Source: Candidatus Multivoradales bacterium
GTDB lineage: Bacteria > Acidobacteriota > Thermoanaerobaculia > Multivoradales > J023
Assembly: GCA_965248925.1 (NCBI GenBank)
Contig: CBDFLE010000006.1
Span: 3,840,001-3,904,000 of the forward strand
Length of the DNA: 64,000 nucleotides
Direction of reading: 5' to 3'
A model generated the notes under the pieces. That model had not been told where the DNA came from. It worked only from the letters and a program-made list of their open reading frames with translations, and searched no databases. This document shows positions 36,601 to 45,851 of this stretch, piece by piece. Made by a program: the position numbers and the translations under genes. Positions within the stretch are counted from its first letter, which is position 1. Every line of letters starts with the position of its first letter.

Positions 36601-38706
36601 ACCGCGGACTTGGCGGGACTGAGGACCGTCGGGTTCCCGGAGTCATTCGACCCCAGCCTCGGCCTGAGTGTGTCGGCAAAGGCCGGCGAGTACTTCCAGT
36701 CTCTCTATTCTTACTACGTGTCTACCGGGGATGAACGTGCTAGAGATTTCTTAGTGCGCCGCGTGCAGACCGCCTACTGGTTGGGCGCGGTGAGCAATAT
36801 TTCCCGTGACTTCCAAGGCCGCCATAACAAGGATCTGATGACTTCCCTGCTGGCGGCGTATGACGCGACCGACAACCGTGTTTTTCGAGATCTTGCGGCC
36901 GCGGCCGCCGAGGATCTGCCCCGCAACGAGATCGGTCTTGCCGAGCAGGGGCTGTTGATCGACACTCTTCACCCGTTGACGGCGGATGACTTTGGGCCGC
37001 AGAGCCTCGCGTCACACGATGTGCACACCATCGGCTTACCTTTAGCCATGAATGCCCTCGCCAACACGAATCCGGTGCACCGGTACCTGCCTCTGGCAGT
37101 CAAGGGCTTCCCCACGGCGCGGACTTATCTCTTGTTCAATCGTACGGATTCGAGTCCTGCTTTTCTCGACATCGCGGTCTGGAATGTCGGCGAACCAAGG
37201 GTTCGGCCACGGTTGCTGGACGCAAGTGTCCCGGCGCAAGAAGTCGGTCTGCGAGTCTGGGATCATCGGTGGCAGCGGATCATCGATGGGACGGAACTCG
37301 GTAACGAGGTTCGGAGTACTCTCGGAGGCCGCCGTGAAGGGTACCATTTCTTCCGCGTGGAGATTCCGTCGAGCGTTGGGCCGGGCATCTATCACCTGGA
37401 CTTGGGGGAGCAGGTTGCCTTCGCACTGCTCGATTCCGACATCGAACAGGTGCTGCAAGTAGCTCCTGAAGGTATCCCGCTGATGCGCGCCAAACCCTAT
37501 TACTTCGTGGTCCCTGATGGGGTCAGTGAGGTCCACTTCTTCACCCACCGCGGGGTTGCCGTGTGGGACCCACAAGGAAACGAGGTGGTTGTCGAGTTCG
37601 ACCCGGGCGATGGGTCATCGACCGATCTAGGCAAGCGCTTCTTCCCGGTTTCTCAATCTGGCATCTGGAAGATGCAGGCGGTCAACGGGATCCGCCCAGG
37701 TGCCACAGCCGGCGACCCGCCACTGCCCAACCCCATTTTCAGGAATTTGGATTCGGCCGATACTTTCGTGCGCTTTCTCCAGGATCAGTCTGGCAACGAC
37801 TTGCCTCTGATCATCGCTCTCGGTGAGGCTTCGAGAATATTCGACCTCGACCCCGACTTCTACCCGAGCTCCGCTCCTTCTGGACTGGGCTGGCCGCCAT
37901 CCGCCGACGGTCAGTTTACCAAAGGACGCTTTGGTCTCGGCTTCGGGGTGAAGAATCGGTGGGTTGAGTTAGATTTACCTGCGGCTGGATTGGACGCCAC
38001 CTTCCCCACCGAAAAGGGAACTGCCGAGTTCTGGTATCAGCCTATGCAGGACGGCAATGTGGCATCTTATGACAATCTCGAAGCCCAGAACATTCACTAC
38101 TTGTTTGCCGTGCTTGGGCCGGGTGCATCCAACTTCGCCCCACACTACTCCATCAAGAAGAGATCTGCTCAAGATGGCAACCGAGAGGGAGGTATCTACA
38201 ACACCGGGACGATGATTGCCCGAGTAGAGGGTGGGACGTTGAAAACTCCGGGTTGGTTTTATCCGGCCGAAGGCCGCTGGTACCATGTGGCGATGACTTG
38301 GGATCTAGATCCCGATCCCGACGAGGCCGGAGAGCCCGGTGTGCTTCGGCTGTTTGTCAATGGCCGGGAGAAGGGTAAGTTACTCCCTAAACAAGGTGTG
38401 ATAGGCCTGACGAACGTTCTGGGTGCTGTCTTGCGTCTTGGCTCTTACCACGACCTCGCGGCGTCGGCTTTCTTTGTCGGTGTGGTTGTCGACGAACTCA
38501 GAGTGTCTAAGACTCTGCGCTATGGCGGCGATTTCACCCCGCCGCGGGCGGCCTTTGTCTGGGATGACGATACCTACTTACTGATGCCGTTGGATGGCGA
38601 CCTCTCAGCGGCAACATCCCCGACCACTTCGATCACAGGGGCTCTTACATGTGCGATGAGAGTTGGCGGTATAGAGTATCTCCGCCCCGGGGTCCCGTGT
38701 CCCTAG
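33631..38706 (+). CDS. large secreted multidomain protein: exo-rhamnogalacturonan-lyase/YetA-like N-terminus, beta-propeller insert, C-terminal LamG-like domain
   Basis: Signal peptide (...TSANA-LP); PVSFGVPF...TWDDGSLRWALIDF; propeller-like repeats; GTAEFWY...WYHVAMTWD...LFVNG...VDELRVSK..RY. Start at ATG 33631 after GAGAGG. Confidence 0.7.
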   Translation: MFWPKKLRSAYILIAILFSVLTFTSANALPVDIQLFKPANSTVAEWPVSFGVPFRKGQAWEGGLVVVDAQSVVQPSQVKAMATWDDGSLRWALIDFKPDLMQQYQIVAGTPANHSDDIQLPKSCPGSRGKGTSGVIAIDTTAACFEIDADAGFLSRIWLRDTGGSLISVIDAGSDALYVEQVAGQRALFEPSTATSTVIELDGPRHLVVRVEGEYRFNSATVAAGVVYYHFYAGQAAFRVSHKLIVTDDLPGPYLLEAGLELSRPAAVPATLVTFNSDHDDTSVTAGFSLSPTDQLVMVQDAFPYFESLDSTFAIRNLATVNPPLLSGTAAGDWADLSGPNFGIAAQLPAFAEQFPKSFVADPGSLSVKFWAPERSTAALPARQMDFNVSPFMDEYFPAASLPPESWILGDSPARTNLVVGTGSARTHELWIYPHLGPLTNGLVSGFGGKEDEIFALPDPQWISSTGAMGVWKAEGPEFAEVEQALDDYLDRAAFAKDKVFPAAGYFYYGMYPFSAQLWSTGNLVMPARWSPQANRLARGLEYNFRRALWTLVARGGEARYFHLARQMTRHFRDFLFSSWQIACKPKGWMILGGVNTVFATPVLWGQFSNQATASNCANVPANFNHDTGVALVYESSGDIIQFVYDYFLTGDFHSRDMATEWRDAMIAEMTVGGQLDVDKAMLFNPETEFLRPLSAAYELDHDLALWQYGHEVLGRMPAPFPLPEQLHGNWVYGIKTTQLTGQLATRLFRVAPDGGVVEDLGALLVAGVGARFDGLAISHQGKLYAFEVNGNPQPPVQGGVGSRLVTFELSAAPPANIEVSMDLSFFAGQVVGAAFDTAGHLWALDLNSHLFQVDLATGAKVVGSTRAIAVQSVGIAFPTALSAAMDGSLYGLWQERRPSMIYDYLFQIDPGEGYQEIFREQWKTSTSAGPDGIYGLAFLRGADSPDHLFALRCGPVDELVRFDLDAVDPVSGQVSLVGGLLPASDCDAGTADLAGLRTVGFPESFDPSLGLSVSAKAGEYFQSLYSYYVSTGDERARDFLVRRVQTAYWLGAVSNISRDFQGRHNKDLMTSLLAAYDATDNRVFRDLAAAAAEDLPRNEIGLAEQGLLIDTLHPLTADDFGPQSLASHDVHTIGLPLAMNALANTNPVHRYLPLAVKGFPTARTYLLFNRTDSSPAFLDIAVWNVGEPRVRPRLLDASVPAQEVGLRVWDHRWQRIIDGTELGNEVRSTLGGRREGYHFFRVEIPSSVGPGIYHLDLGEQVAFALLDSDIEQVLQVAPEGIPLMRAKPYYFVVPDGVSEVHFFTHRGVAVWDPQGNEVVVEFDPGDGSSTDLGKRFFPVSQSGIWKMQAVNGIRPGATAGDPPLPNPIFRNLDSADTFVRFLQDQSGNDLPLIIALGEASRIFDLDPDFYPSSAPSGLGWPPSADGQFTKGRFGLGFGVKNRWVELDLPAAGLDATFPTEKGTAEFWYQPMQDGNVASYDNLEAQNIHYLFAVLGPGASNFAPHYSIKKRSAQDGNREGGIYNTGTMIARVEGGTLKTPGWFYPAEGRWYHVAMTWDLDPDPDEAGEPGVLRLFVNGREKGKLLPKQGVIGLTNVLGAVLRLGSYHDLAASAFFVGVVVDELRVSKTLRYGGDFTPPRAAFVWDDDTYLLMPLDGDLSAATSPTTSITGALTCAMRVGGIEYLRPGVPCP

Positions 38707-39962
38707 CTAGGTGCGCACCGGCTGGGAAGGCGCGCTAGAAACCGATGCAGTTGCTCGACTATGCGCGCCCGGTCGTAGGTGCTCTCGGCGGCCAACCTAC
38801 CGGCCCGGCCGAGTTCGGCGAAGGTGTTTGCATCGGCGACCAGGGCGGTGAAGGCGTTGCGGATGGCTGCTGGATCATCGGGCGAGACGGCGATGCCGCA
38901 GCCTGCCGCCTCGACTCGCCGAGCGGGTTCACCCTCGGCGATCAACAGAATCGGCAGGCTGGAGGCCATTGCTTCGTAGATCTTGCTCGGCACCGCACCG
39001 GGAATCTGACTGCCGAGGCTGATCAAGGCGGCATCGGCAGCCGCCAGCAAGGGTGGGATCTTTTCCCGCGGTTGCGCCTGTAACAGGCGAACCCGATCGA
39101 TGCGTTCCTCCCGCAGACGCTCTTCGAGATGCTCGCGGACTGGGCCGTCGCCGACCAGCACGAAGCGTCCTGGAACTTCCCGCGGCAAGGCGGTGGCCAA
39201 ATCGAGTACGCGGTCGAGCCCCTGGGCGATGCCCAGCAGGCCGGCGTAGATAAACACCGGGCCGGGCTCGTCACCGATCAAGTGGCGGGCTTCCGCGGTT
39301 GCCTGTTCGGCGCCGAAGCGACTCGGATCGCAGCCGTTGGTGATCACCGCGGTTGCCTTGCCGGGCACCTTTCGCTGGACGTGCTCGATGATCTCGTTGC
39401 TTTGACCCGTGATCGCGGCGGCCTGGCGGTAGAGCTTGAGTTCCAGACGCTCGGCGACACGCACTGCCGGGTGGTTGGAGCGCAGCATGCCGACGCTGAC
39501 AAAGGATTGGGGCCACAAGTCGCTGACGTTGAGCACAAAGGGACAGCGCCAGCGCCAAGCCAACCAGCGAGCCGCCCAGCCGATGAACAGAGGCGGTGAT
39601 TCGACCAGGATCAAATCGGGGCGAGAGACTACTCGCGGGCCCAGCAGACTGGCCGTGAGGGCGAACGACAGGTAGGAGATCAGCCGCTGCGCGATGCCGC
39701 TCTTGGCCGGCCACAGGGGCACTCGGCCGACCGCCAGATCGCCGACTTCTTCCCGCACTGTCCGCCAGCGGGAGTAGCCCGGAAGGATTCGGCCGGTGGG
39801 GTAATTGGGCAGCGCGGTCAGCACCTCCACCTGCCAGCCGAGCTGGGCGAGACCCTGGCCGAGTTCCGACAGCCGTACTTGAGGGGCACCCATCTCGGGC
39901 ACGAAATATTGACTCAGCAGCAGCAATCGGCGGCCTTTGGCCCTGCTCTGATCAGAGGGCAT
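38703..39962 (-). CDS. glycosyltransferase family 4 (WbuB-like)
   Basis: SQYFVPEMGA, PNYPTG, SPPLF, VSDLWP, YAGLLGIAQGL, PSKIYEAMASSLP. Confidence 0.93.
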   Translation of the reverse strand: MPSDQSRAKGRRLLLLSQYFVPEMGAPQVRLSELGQGLAQLGWQVEVLTALPNYPTGRILPGYSRWRTVREEVGDLAVGRVPLWPAKSGIAQRLISYLSFALTASLLGPRVVSRPDLILVESPPLFIGWAARWLAWRWRCPFVLNVSDLWPQSFVSVGMLRSNHPAVRVAERLELKLYRQAAAITGQSNEIIEHVQRKVPGKATAVITNGCDPSRFGAEQATAEARHLIGDEPGPVFIYAGLLGIAQGLDRVLDLATALPREVPGRFVLVGDGPVREHLEERLREERIDRVRLLQAQPREKIPPLLAAADAALISLGSQIPGAVPSKIYEAMASSLPILLIAEGEPARRVEAAGCGIAVSPDDPAAIRNAFTALVADANTFAELGRAGRLAAESTYDRARIVEQLHRFLARLPSRCAPS

Positions 39963-41013
39963 CGTGCAGCCCCCAGCCCATATGCCAGCTATTCATGTGG
40001 TCGACCTCGGCATGCGGGTAGTCGTTGCGCTTGACGATGAAGAAAAAGTCGTGGGGCAGCCAGCGGCGGGGCACTTCGCGGAAGCCGACGCGGCCTACCG
40101 ATCGTTCTTGCCGCGGCTCGGCCAGCATCAAGGCCAGCAGGTCTGGAGCCTCGCCGCTGTCACCCAAATTGCGTTCGAGGCTGGCCAGCGCGCCGCTGGT
40201 GCTGTGGCCTTCCGGGTCGCCGGCGGTCACCAGGTCGATTACCCAGACGATCTCCAGGCCGAAACGCTGCTGTCGGCGAGTGACCAGGTAGCCGATCGCC
40301 TGGCCGCCAGCGCTCAGCCGATAGCGTTGGTAGGAGTGTGGCGCGTCGTCGTAGCGCCAGCGCAGAAACTCGGGTGAGCGATCAAAGGTCATACCCTTGG
40401 TTTGCAGCAGGCTGCCGAGTTCGCCGTCGGCACCCGCGAACGACGGCATGGGCTCGATCTCTAACCTCCGGCCGCGATCGCGGTAGAGGCGACGGTAGGC
40501 AGCCAACGCTGGCCTGGCGAGGTGGAAGACCGGCGAGCGGCGAGCTAGGCCGGCACTGCTCAGCAGCTTGACGAAGACCCGTGGTTGGCCAGCCGCTGCC
40601 CAGCCCAACTTGTGGATGAAGAGCGGATGCGATTTGTGGTTGGGAAAGCCGTAAAAAGGCACTTCCCGAGGCATGGTCGCGGTGACCTGGCGTTCGAGGT
40701 TGCCGAAGATGCCGCGGCGATGGTGATCGGGGTGGATCATGCCGTCGAGGGCTACGTAGCCGCGAAGAGAGCGTCCGCGGTGGCGCAGGGGCAAGGCGGC
40801 GAAGGCGAATTGCCCCACCAACCGACCCGCGACTTCGGCGACCCTGATGTAGCTCTCACCGGCCGGGTTGTCGACAAATCGCCAGCGCCAATGCTCGGCT
40901 CTCATCTCGCTGCCGAAAACTTTCTCGTAGAGCTGACGCAGGGCCTCTGTATCGTCGGCTCGAAAGGGTCGATACTCGACTGGCGGCAAGCTAGAGCGGC
41001 TAGTCGAGGTCAT
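39952..41013 (-). CDS. GNAT family N-acetyltransferase
   Basis: HWRWRFVDNPAG, DGMIHPDHHRRGIF, YGFPN, RSPEFLRWRY. Confidence 0.85.
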   Translation of the reverse strand: MTSTSRSSLPPVEYRPFRADDTEALRQLYEKVFGSEMRAEHWRWRFVDNPAGESYIRVAEVAGRLVGQFAFAALPLRHRGRSLRGYVALDGMIHPDHHRRGIFGNLERQVTATMPREVPFYGFPNHKSHPLFIHKLGWAAAGQPRVFVKLLSSAGLARRSPVFHLARPALAAYRRLYRDRGRRLEIEPMPSFAGADGELGSLLQTKGMTFDRSPEFLRWRYDDAPHSYQRYRLSAGGQAIGYLVTRRQQRFGLEIVWVIDLVTAGDPEGHSTSGALASLERNLGDSGEAPDLLALMLAEPRQERSVGRVGFREVPRRWLPHDFFFIVKRNDYPHAEVDHMNSWHMGWGLHDAL

Positions 41014-41851
41014 GGTGGCGCCTCAAATAGTCGCGCATCGTGGTTGCCCGGAAGGTGCTAAACAGGCGCCTCAGCTTGCCGTCGAGACGACCGCTGGAGT
41101 AGTTGTGGCGCAGGCGGCGGAGCAGCGACATCGGTAGGTGGCGGGGGAAGACACCGCCGATCTCATAGGGATGCAGGTAGCTCATGGGATCGGCGCTGGC
41201 CTGCAAACAACGCTGGGTTAGCCACCAGGGGAAGAGGCGTAGGTAGCCGCCGCCACCGACCACCAGCCGATGACCGCCGGGTAGCCGCGCGGTGGTTGCG
41301 GGGAACTCCAACAGGCCATTGCCGAGCCGATAGACGGCGCGTTGATCGGTGGTGCCGGCATAGACGTCGTGCAGGGTAGTGGGGTTCAAGCTGGCGTCGT
41401 AGCGGAAGCCGATTTTCGCCATGTGGTCGAGCAGCCAGCTATCTTGGCGCAAGGAGAAATCCGGCGCCCGAAAGCCGATCACCGGCTCGCCGATGGCGTC
41501 TTCGAGGGCTTTCTTGGAGCGTTCGATTTGCTGCGTCGCCGGTTCCTTACCCAGCCGCAGCAGGCGGCGGTGGTGAAATGAGTGGCTGGCGATCTCGTGC
41601 CCCGCCTGGTGGATGCGTCGTACCAAGCCGGGCAGCCGCTCGGCGATCCAGCCGAGGATGAAGAAGGTGGCCCGCACCTGGTGGTGGTAGAGCAACTGGA
41701 GGCAGGCCTCGGCATTGGCTTCGAGTTCGGCATCGATCTCGAAGCGCGGCTCTTCGGCGGCGATTGGAAAGCTCTCCTCCATTGCTTCGACGTAACCCTC
41801 GAAGTCGATCGAGAAGGCCAGCCAGCGGCGATGCTCGGTGTTGGCGCTCAT
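41000..41851 (-). CDS. polysaccharide deacetylase (DUF3473/XrtA-associated type)
   Basis: FSIDFE, ATFFILGWIAE, GHEIASHSFHH, GFRAPDFS, GGGYLRLFP, YLHPYEI; ATGA overlap at 41848-41851. Confidence 0.9.
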   Translation of the reverse strand: MSANTEHRRWLAFSIDFEGYVEAMEESFPIAAEEPRFEIDAELEANAEACLQLLYHHQVRATFFILGWIAERLPGLVRRIHQAGHEIASHSFHHRRLLRLGKEPATQQIERSKKALEDAIGEPVIGFRAPDFSLRQDSWLLDHMAKIGFRYDASLNPTTLHDVYAGTTDQRAVYRLGNGLLEFPATTARLPGGHRLVVGGGGYLRLFPWWLTQRCLQASADPMSYLHPYEIGGVFPRHLPMSLLRRLRHNYSSGRLDGKLRRLFSTFRATTMRDYLRRHHDLD

Positions 41852-42909
41852 GCCGCCTCCTCGTCCCGACTGCGACCGCTCTTCCCGCCGAACAGCTGTC
41901 GTAGCCGGAAACGACGCTCGTCCATGCTCATGTAGAGCAGTCGTTGCCCGACTCTCACGGCCCACTCGCGGCGTCGCAGGCCGCGGTATTGGATAGCGTA
42001 GGCGGTGGGCTCTCGATCGAGAATCCGAGCGTAATTCGGGCAGCGGGCTGTTGCCGGCCGGGGTAGGCCGTGGCGATCGTGGCGCAAGCCGCGGGCTTGC
42101 CAGCTCCAACCACCTCGGCCGAGCTGCCCGTCGAGCACCAGGCCGCGCCGCGCCTGGGGGTGAAATCGATAGTGATAGCCGCGAGCTTCGCGGAATCCAG
42201 GGAAGAGAAAGTTGCCCAATCCATAGTAGATCGATGCCTTGCCATGGCGCTCGAAGCCGAGGGGCACATGGGTGTGGGCCGCCACCACTAGGTCGGCGCC
42301 GGCGTCGGCCAAGCGTCGCGCGTCGCGGCGCTGCTCGGCATCTGGGAAGCGCACGTATTCCTCTCCCCAATGCAACACCGCCCACACCCAGTCGGCTCGC
42401 TCGGCGGCTTGGTGCACTTCTTGGACGGCGCGTTCGATGGCCAACTCGTTAACCCCGGCGTGCTGGTCTCTGGCGGCCTGGGCGCCGACCCGTGGCGCAG
42501 TCTCCGCCCAGCCCAGTATCGCGAGTCGTCCGGCGTCCAGGTCGAGCTCGAGAGGTTGCCGCGCAGCCCGCTGATCCATGCCGGCGCCGACCTGGCGCAA
42601 GCCCCGGCGGTCGAGCTCGGCGAGGGTGGCTTGGGTACCGCCCGCGCCGAAATCGCTGAGGTGATTCGAAGCGGTCACTGCGACGGTGGTCTGGCCGAGG
42701 TGCAGTGCCTCTAAATGCTCAGCGGTGAAGGCCAGACAGGTTTGCCTCGGTCGCGGTGGACCCGCGGCGAGGGCGGCATCGAGAGTGAAGAGAAAGATCT
42801 CCGGCTGTTCAGTGACGCCGCAGGCGGCTAGCAAAGCGCCGCGGTCGGCGGCGGAGGGATAGACATCACCAGCGATCAGCGCCCGCGGCGGTGGCGTCGA
42901 GTGTCTCAT
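41848..42909 (-). CDS. CapA family (poly-gamma-glutamate synthesis-type metallophosphatase)
   Basis: AGDV, ASNHLSDFG, VGAG, LHWGEE, AGADLVVAAHTHVP, YGLGNFLF. Confidence 0.88.
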   Translation of the reverse strand: MRHSTPPPRALIAGDVYPSAADRGALLAACGVTEQPEIFLFTLDAALAAGPPRPRQTCLAFTAEHLEALHLGQTTVAVTASNHLSDFGAGGTQATLAELDRRGLRQVGAGMDQRAARQPLELDLDAGRLAILGWAETAPRVGAQAARDQHAGVNELAIERAVQEVHQAAERADWVWAVLHWGEEYVRFPDAEQRRDARRLADAGADLVVAAHTHVPLGFERHGKASIYYGLGNFLFPGFREARGYHYRFHPQARRGLVLDGQLGRGGWSWQARGLRHDRHGLPRPATARCPNYARILDREPTAYAIQYRGLRRREWAVRVGQRLLYMSMDERRFRLRQLFGGKSGRSRDEEAA

Positions 42910-42915
42910 CGCCTT

Positions 42916-44622
42916 CTAGCTTCTATCTTGCTTCGAAACCAGAAATTCGCCAAGCTGCAAATATTCGAGCCCTGAGCCTTGGAGCACATCGATGGCTTCT
43001 TCGCCGGTGCGGACGATGGGGAAGCCATGCAAATTGAACGAAGTGTTGAGCAGCACACCGCGGCCGGTGCGCTCGGCGAAAGCGTCGAGAATAGCCGACA
43101 GCTCCGGGTTCTGGTCGCGGCGCAAGACCTGCGCCCGGCAGGTGCGGTCGACATCGTGCACCGCCGCCGCCAGGTCGGCGGAATTCTCGCGGGTGTCGAA
43201 AGTCATCATCATGTAGGGGCTAGGCAGCTGCTTGTCGTTGACCACGTACTCCTGGTGGCGCTCTTCCGTAACCATCGGAGCGAAGGGCATCCAGAAATCT
43301 CGCTTCTTAACCATGTGATTGATCACCTTGACCACGTCGGTGTGGATCGGATCGGCCAGAATCGAGCGATTGCCGAGAGCCCGAGCGCCAAACTCCATCC
43401 GCCCGGCACAGCGGGCCACGGGATGACCGGCGATCAGCAGCTCGGCAACCGCCGCCGCCATGTCGTCGGGCTGCTCGCAGTGCAGGCCGCTGGCGGTGAT
43501 CGAACGGCGGATTTCTTCAGGATCAAGATCGCCCCCGAGGTAGAAATGGCGCAGGCTCTCGACCTGCTGGTGGCCGAAGCGTTCGGCCGCTTTCAGGTAG
43601 TAGGCGCCGAGGGGTAGGGTCTCGTCGCCGCAGGAGGGGAAGGCTTCGAACGACTCGACCGCTTCGAGTTCGGCAATGCGCTGATTGGCTTTGACGTTCA
43701 TGAACACGCCGCCAGCCGCCAGCACTCTGCCGATGCCGGTCCTGCGGACGGCGTTGTCGACCCATTGGCAGAGTAGCGCTTCGGTAAAGCGTTGCAGCCC
43801 AGCCGCCAGGTAGTCAAAGCGCTTGGCGCGAAAATCGCGGTGCAGGCGGTCGGAGATGTTGGAGATCCGTTCGGAAATCTTGCGCTCGAAAGATAGTCCG
43901 CTGGGGTCGAGCCCGAGATAGGCGCGGAACAGCTCGGCGTGTTGGGCGGTCGGCCCCTCGCCGACATAAGGGGCCATACCCATCAGCTTGTACTCATGCT
44001 CGAAGGGAACAAAGCCTTGGCTGTAGGTCACCCAAGCCCACAGAGCACCCAGCGAATGCGCCATCGAGGTTTCCGCCACCACTCGGTCCTCACCCCCGCC
44101 CATCACCCGGACCGTGGCGCAGAGGGTGTCGCCGGAGCCGTCGCAGGTCAGCACCAGGTAGCTTTCGTCGGCATCGCGGCGCAGGCCGTAATAAGCGGTG
44201 GCCGCATGCGCCGTATGGTGATCGACCCGCTCCAGCGGCACCTCGCCGAGGCCGCTCTGGCGCAGCAGGCGGTCGAACCCTTTGTGACCGTAGGTCGGCA
44301 GCATGGCGATGGCCAGCGGCATCAGCACCCGCTGACGAATTCTGCCCAAGGTGGTGCTGTGGCGTTCGGCGGACTTCAACACATCCTCGCGGGCATGGTA
44401 GCGGGTCGACACGCGGATGCCGCCCGAGACTACTAACGCCAGGTCAGCCGGGCTCGCCCCAACCGCTTCCAAGCAGGCGGTGATCGAACGGCTCGGAAAG
44501 CCCCAGAAATTCTTCTCACCCGTCAACCGCTCCTCCTGGATGGCGAAACGCAGCTGCTGACGGTTGCCGATCGCGGCGCTGGCATTGTGGCCGGCGCGTA
44601 GGGCGAGGATGTAGTCGGACAT
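42916..44622 (-). CDS. carbamoyltransferase (NodU/CmcH family)
   Basis: GHNASAA, EERLT, DHHTAHAA, DGSGD, EYKLMGMAPY, AGGVFMNVKAN, EFGARALGNRSIL, NTSFNLHG. Confidence 0.95.
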   Translation of the reverse strand: MSDYILALRAGHNASAAIGNRQQLRFAIQEERLTGEKNFWGFPSRSITACLEAVGASPADLALVVSGGIRVSTRYHAREDVLKSAERHSTTLGRIRQRVLMPLAIAMLPTYGHKGFDRLLRQSGLGEVPLERVDHHTAHAATAYYGLRRDADESYLVLTCDGSGDTLCATVRVMGGGEDRVVAETSMAHSLGALWAWVTYSQGFVPFEHEYKLMGMAPYVGEGPTAQHAELFRAYLGLDPSGLSFERKISERISNISDRLHRDFRAKRFDYLAAGLQRFTEALLCQWVDNAVRRTGIGRVLAAGGVFMNVKANQRIAELEAVESFEAFPSCGDETLPLGAYYLKAAERFGHQQVESLRHFYLGGDLDPEEIRRSITASGLHCEQPDDMAAAVAELLIAGHPVARCAGRMEFGARALGNRSILADPIHTDVVKVINHMVKKRDFWMPFAPMVTEERHQEYVVNDKQLPSPYMMMTFDTRENSADLAAAVHDVDRTCRAQVLRRDQNPELSAILDAFAERTGRGVLLNTSFNLHGFPIVRTGEEAIDVLQGSGLEYLQLGEFLVSKQDRS

Positions 44623-44651
44623 TAGGTCGCTTCCCTCTCGTGCAATGACTC

Positions 44652-45851
44652 TCAGTTCGACTGGCCCAAGGCCAGTTGGCATTCTGCCAACAAGGCGTCG
44701 GCCATTCGTTCGACGGTGGTCAGCCGGGCGCGCTGCAAGCCCCCTTCGATCAGCCGCTGGCGCAGCGGCAAGTCGGTAGCAATCTGGCGCAGGGCCGCGG
44801 CCAAGGCAGCCGGGTCGCCGACCGGCACCAGCAGACCATCCCGACCGTCATCTACCGAGGTCGGGATGCCGCCCACCGCGCTGGCCACCACTGGGCAGCC
44901 CAGTGCCCGCGCTTCGACTAACACCCGTGGTGTTCCCTCATTGCGACTCGGCAATGCCAATACATCGGCATCGGCATAGCAGCGAAAAAGGTCGTCGCCG
45001 AAGTTCTTGTGGCCGAGGAAGGAAATCTGTCCTCGGCTCTGCAAATCGTCGATCGCCGAATTCAGCATGGCCGAGATGCCACGGTCGAGCAGCTCCCGAC
45101 CGCCAACGATGTGGAGCTCGGCCTCGGGCTGGTGCTCGAGCAGCAGGCGGAAGGCGTCGATCATCACGTCGATGCCTTTCTCATGCCGCAGATAGCCGAC
45201 AAACAACACTCTGAAAGGGGCTGCGGCCGGTCGTTGACGTCTGACCGAGAGGATCTCACGTTCGAGCATCGAGGAGGAGACTAAGGCTCTTCCCAGAGGC
45301 TGGCCGTAGTGCTCGCGCAGGTGTTCGCCGTGGGTGACCGCGCGGGTGTTCGGGGCAGTCAGCAGGCGCTGCTGTAAGCGATCGATGAAGTGGCCCATGG
45401 CCAGCGCCGTCGGTCGCCTGAGACCGCCGTACCAGGTCGAAGTCCGGGCTTGCTGCAGGATGTCGGCACAGAGATGGTAGACCCGCGGTTTGCGGCCGCC
45501 GAGCAGGGCCAGGGGGGCGGCAAAAGGGAGCTGAACCAACAGCACATCGCAGCGTTGTTCCAACTGGCGGACAATGCGGCGACAGGCGCGCGCTTGGGCG
45601 AAGCCGCGAGCCAGTGACACCAAATGCGGCAAGGCTCGGAACTGTTCCACTGGCAAGTGCTCGAGACGGTGGTCTTGCAGGGGTTTTTGCCGGGGAACGG
45701 CGCATAGTGCCAACTCCAGCGTACGGCAGCGCGAGGCGAGGTGATCCACCACCCGGCCAAGGCCAGCGTCGGTCCACACGCCATCCTCGGCCAGGTAAGC
45801 CGAGCGGGCGCTGAGGAAACCTAGCCGCAGGTCGGCATCGGGTCGGTTCAC
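44652..45851 (-). CDS. glycosyltransferase family 4
   Basis: LFVGYLRHEKG, LPSRNEGTPRVLVEA, VGGIP. Confidence 0.92.
   Translation of the reverse strand: MNRPDADLRLGFLSARSAYLAEDGVWTDAGLGRVVDHLASRCRTLELALCAVPRQKPLQDHRLEHLPVEQFRALPHLVSLARGFAQARACRRIVRQLEQRCDVLLVQLPFAAPLALLGGRKPRVYHLCADILQQARTSTWYGGLRRPTALAMGHFIDRLQQRLLTAPNTRAVTHGEHLREHYGQPLGRALVSSSMLEREILSVRRQRPAAAPFRVLFVGYLRHEKGIDVMIDAFRLLLEHQPEAELHIVGGRELLDRGISAMLNSAIDDLQSRGQISFLGHKNFGDDLFRCYADADVLALPSRNEGTPRVLVEARALGCPVVASAVGGIPTSVDDGRDGLLVPVGDPAALAAALRQIATDLPLRQRLIEGGLQRARLTTVERMADALLAECQLALGQSN

Noticed and set aside
41852-42385. Arg/Pro-rich extension of the deacetylase ORF, and similar extensions at 17550-17627 and 21476-21700
   Set aside because: They overlap neighbouring real genes; coupled stop/start overlaps define the shorter starts.
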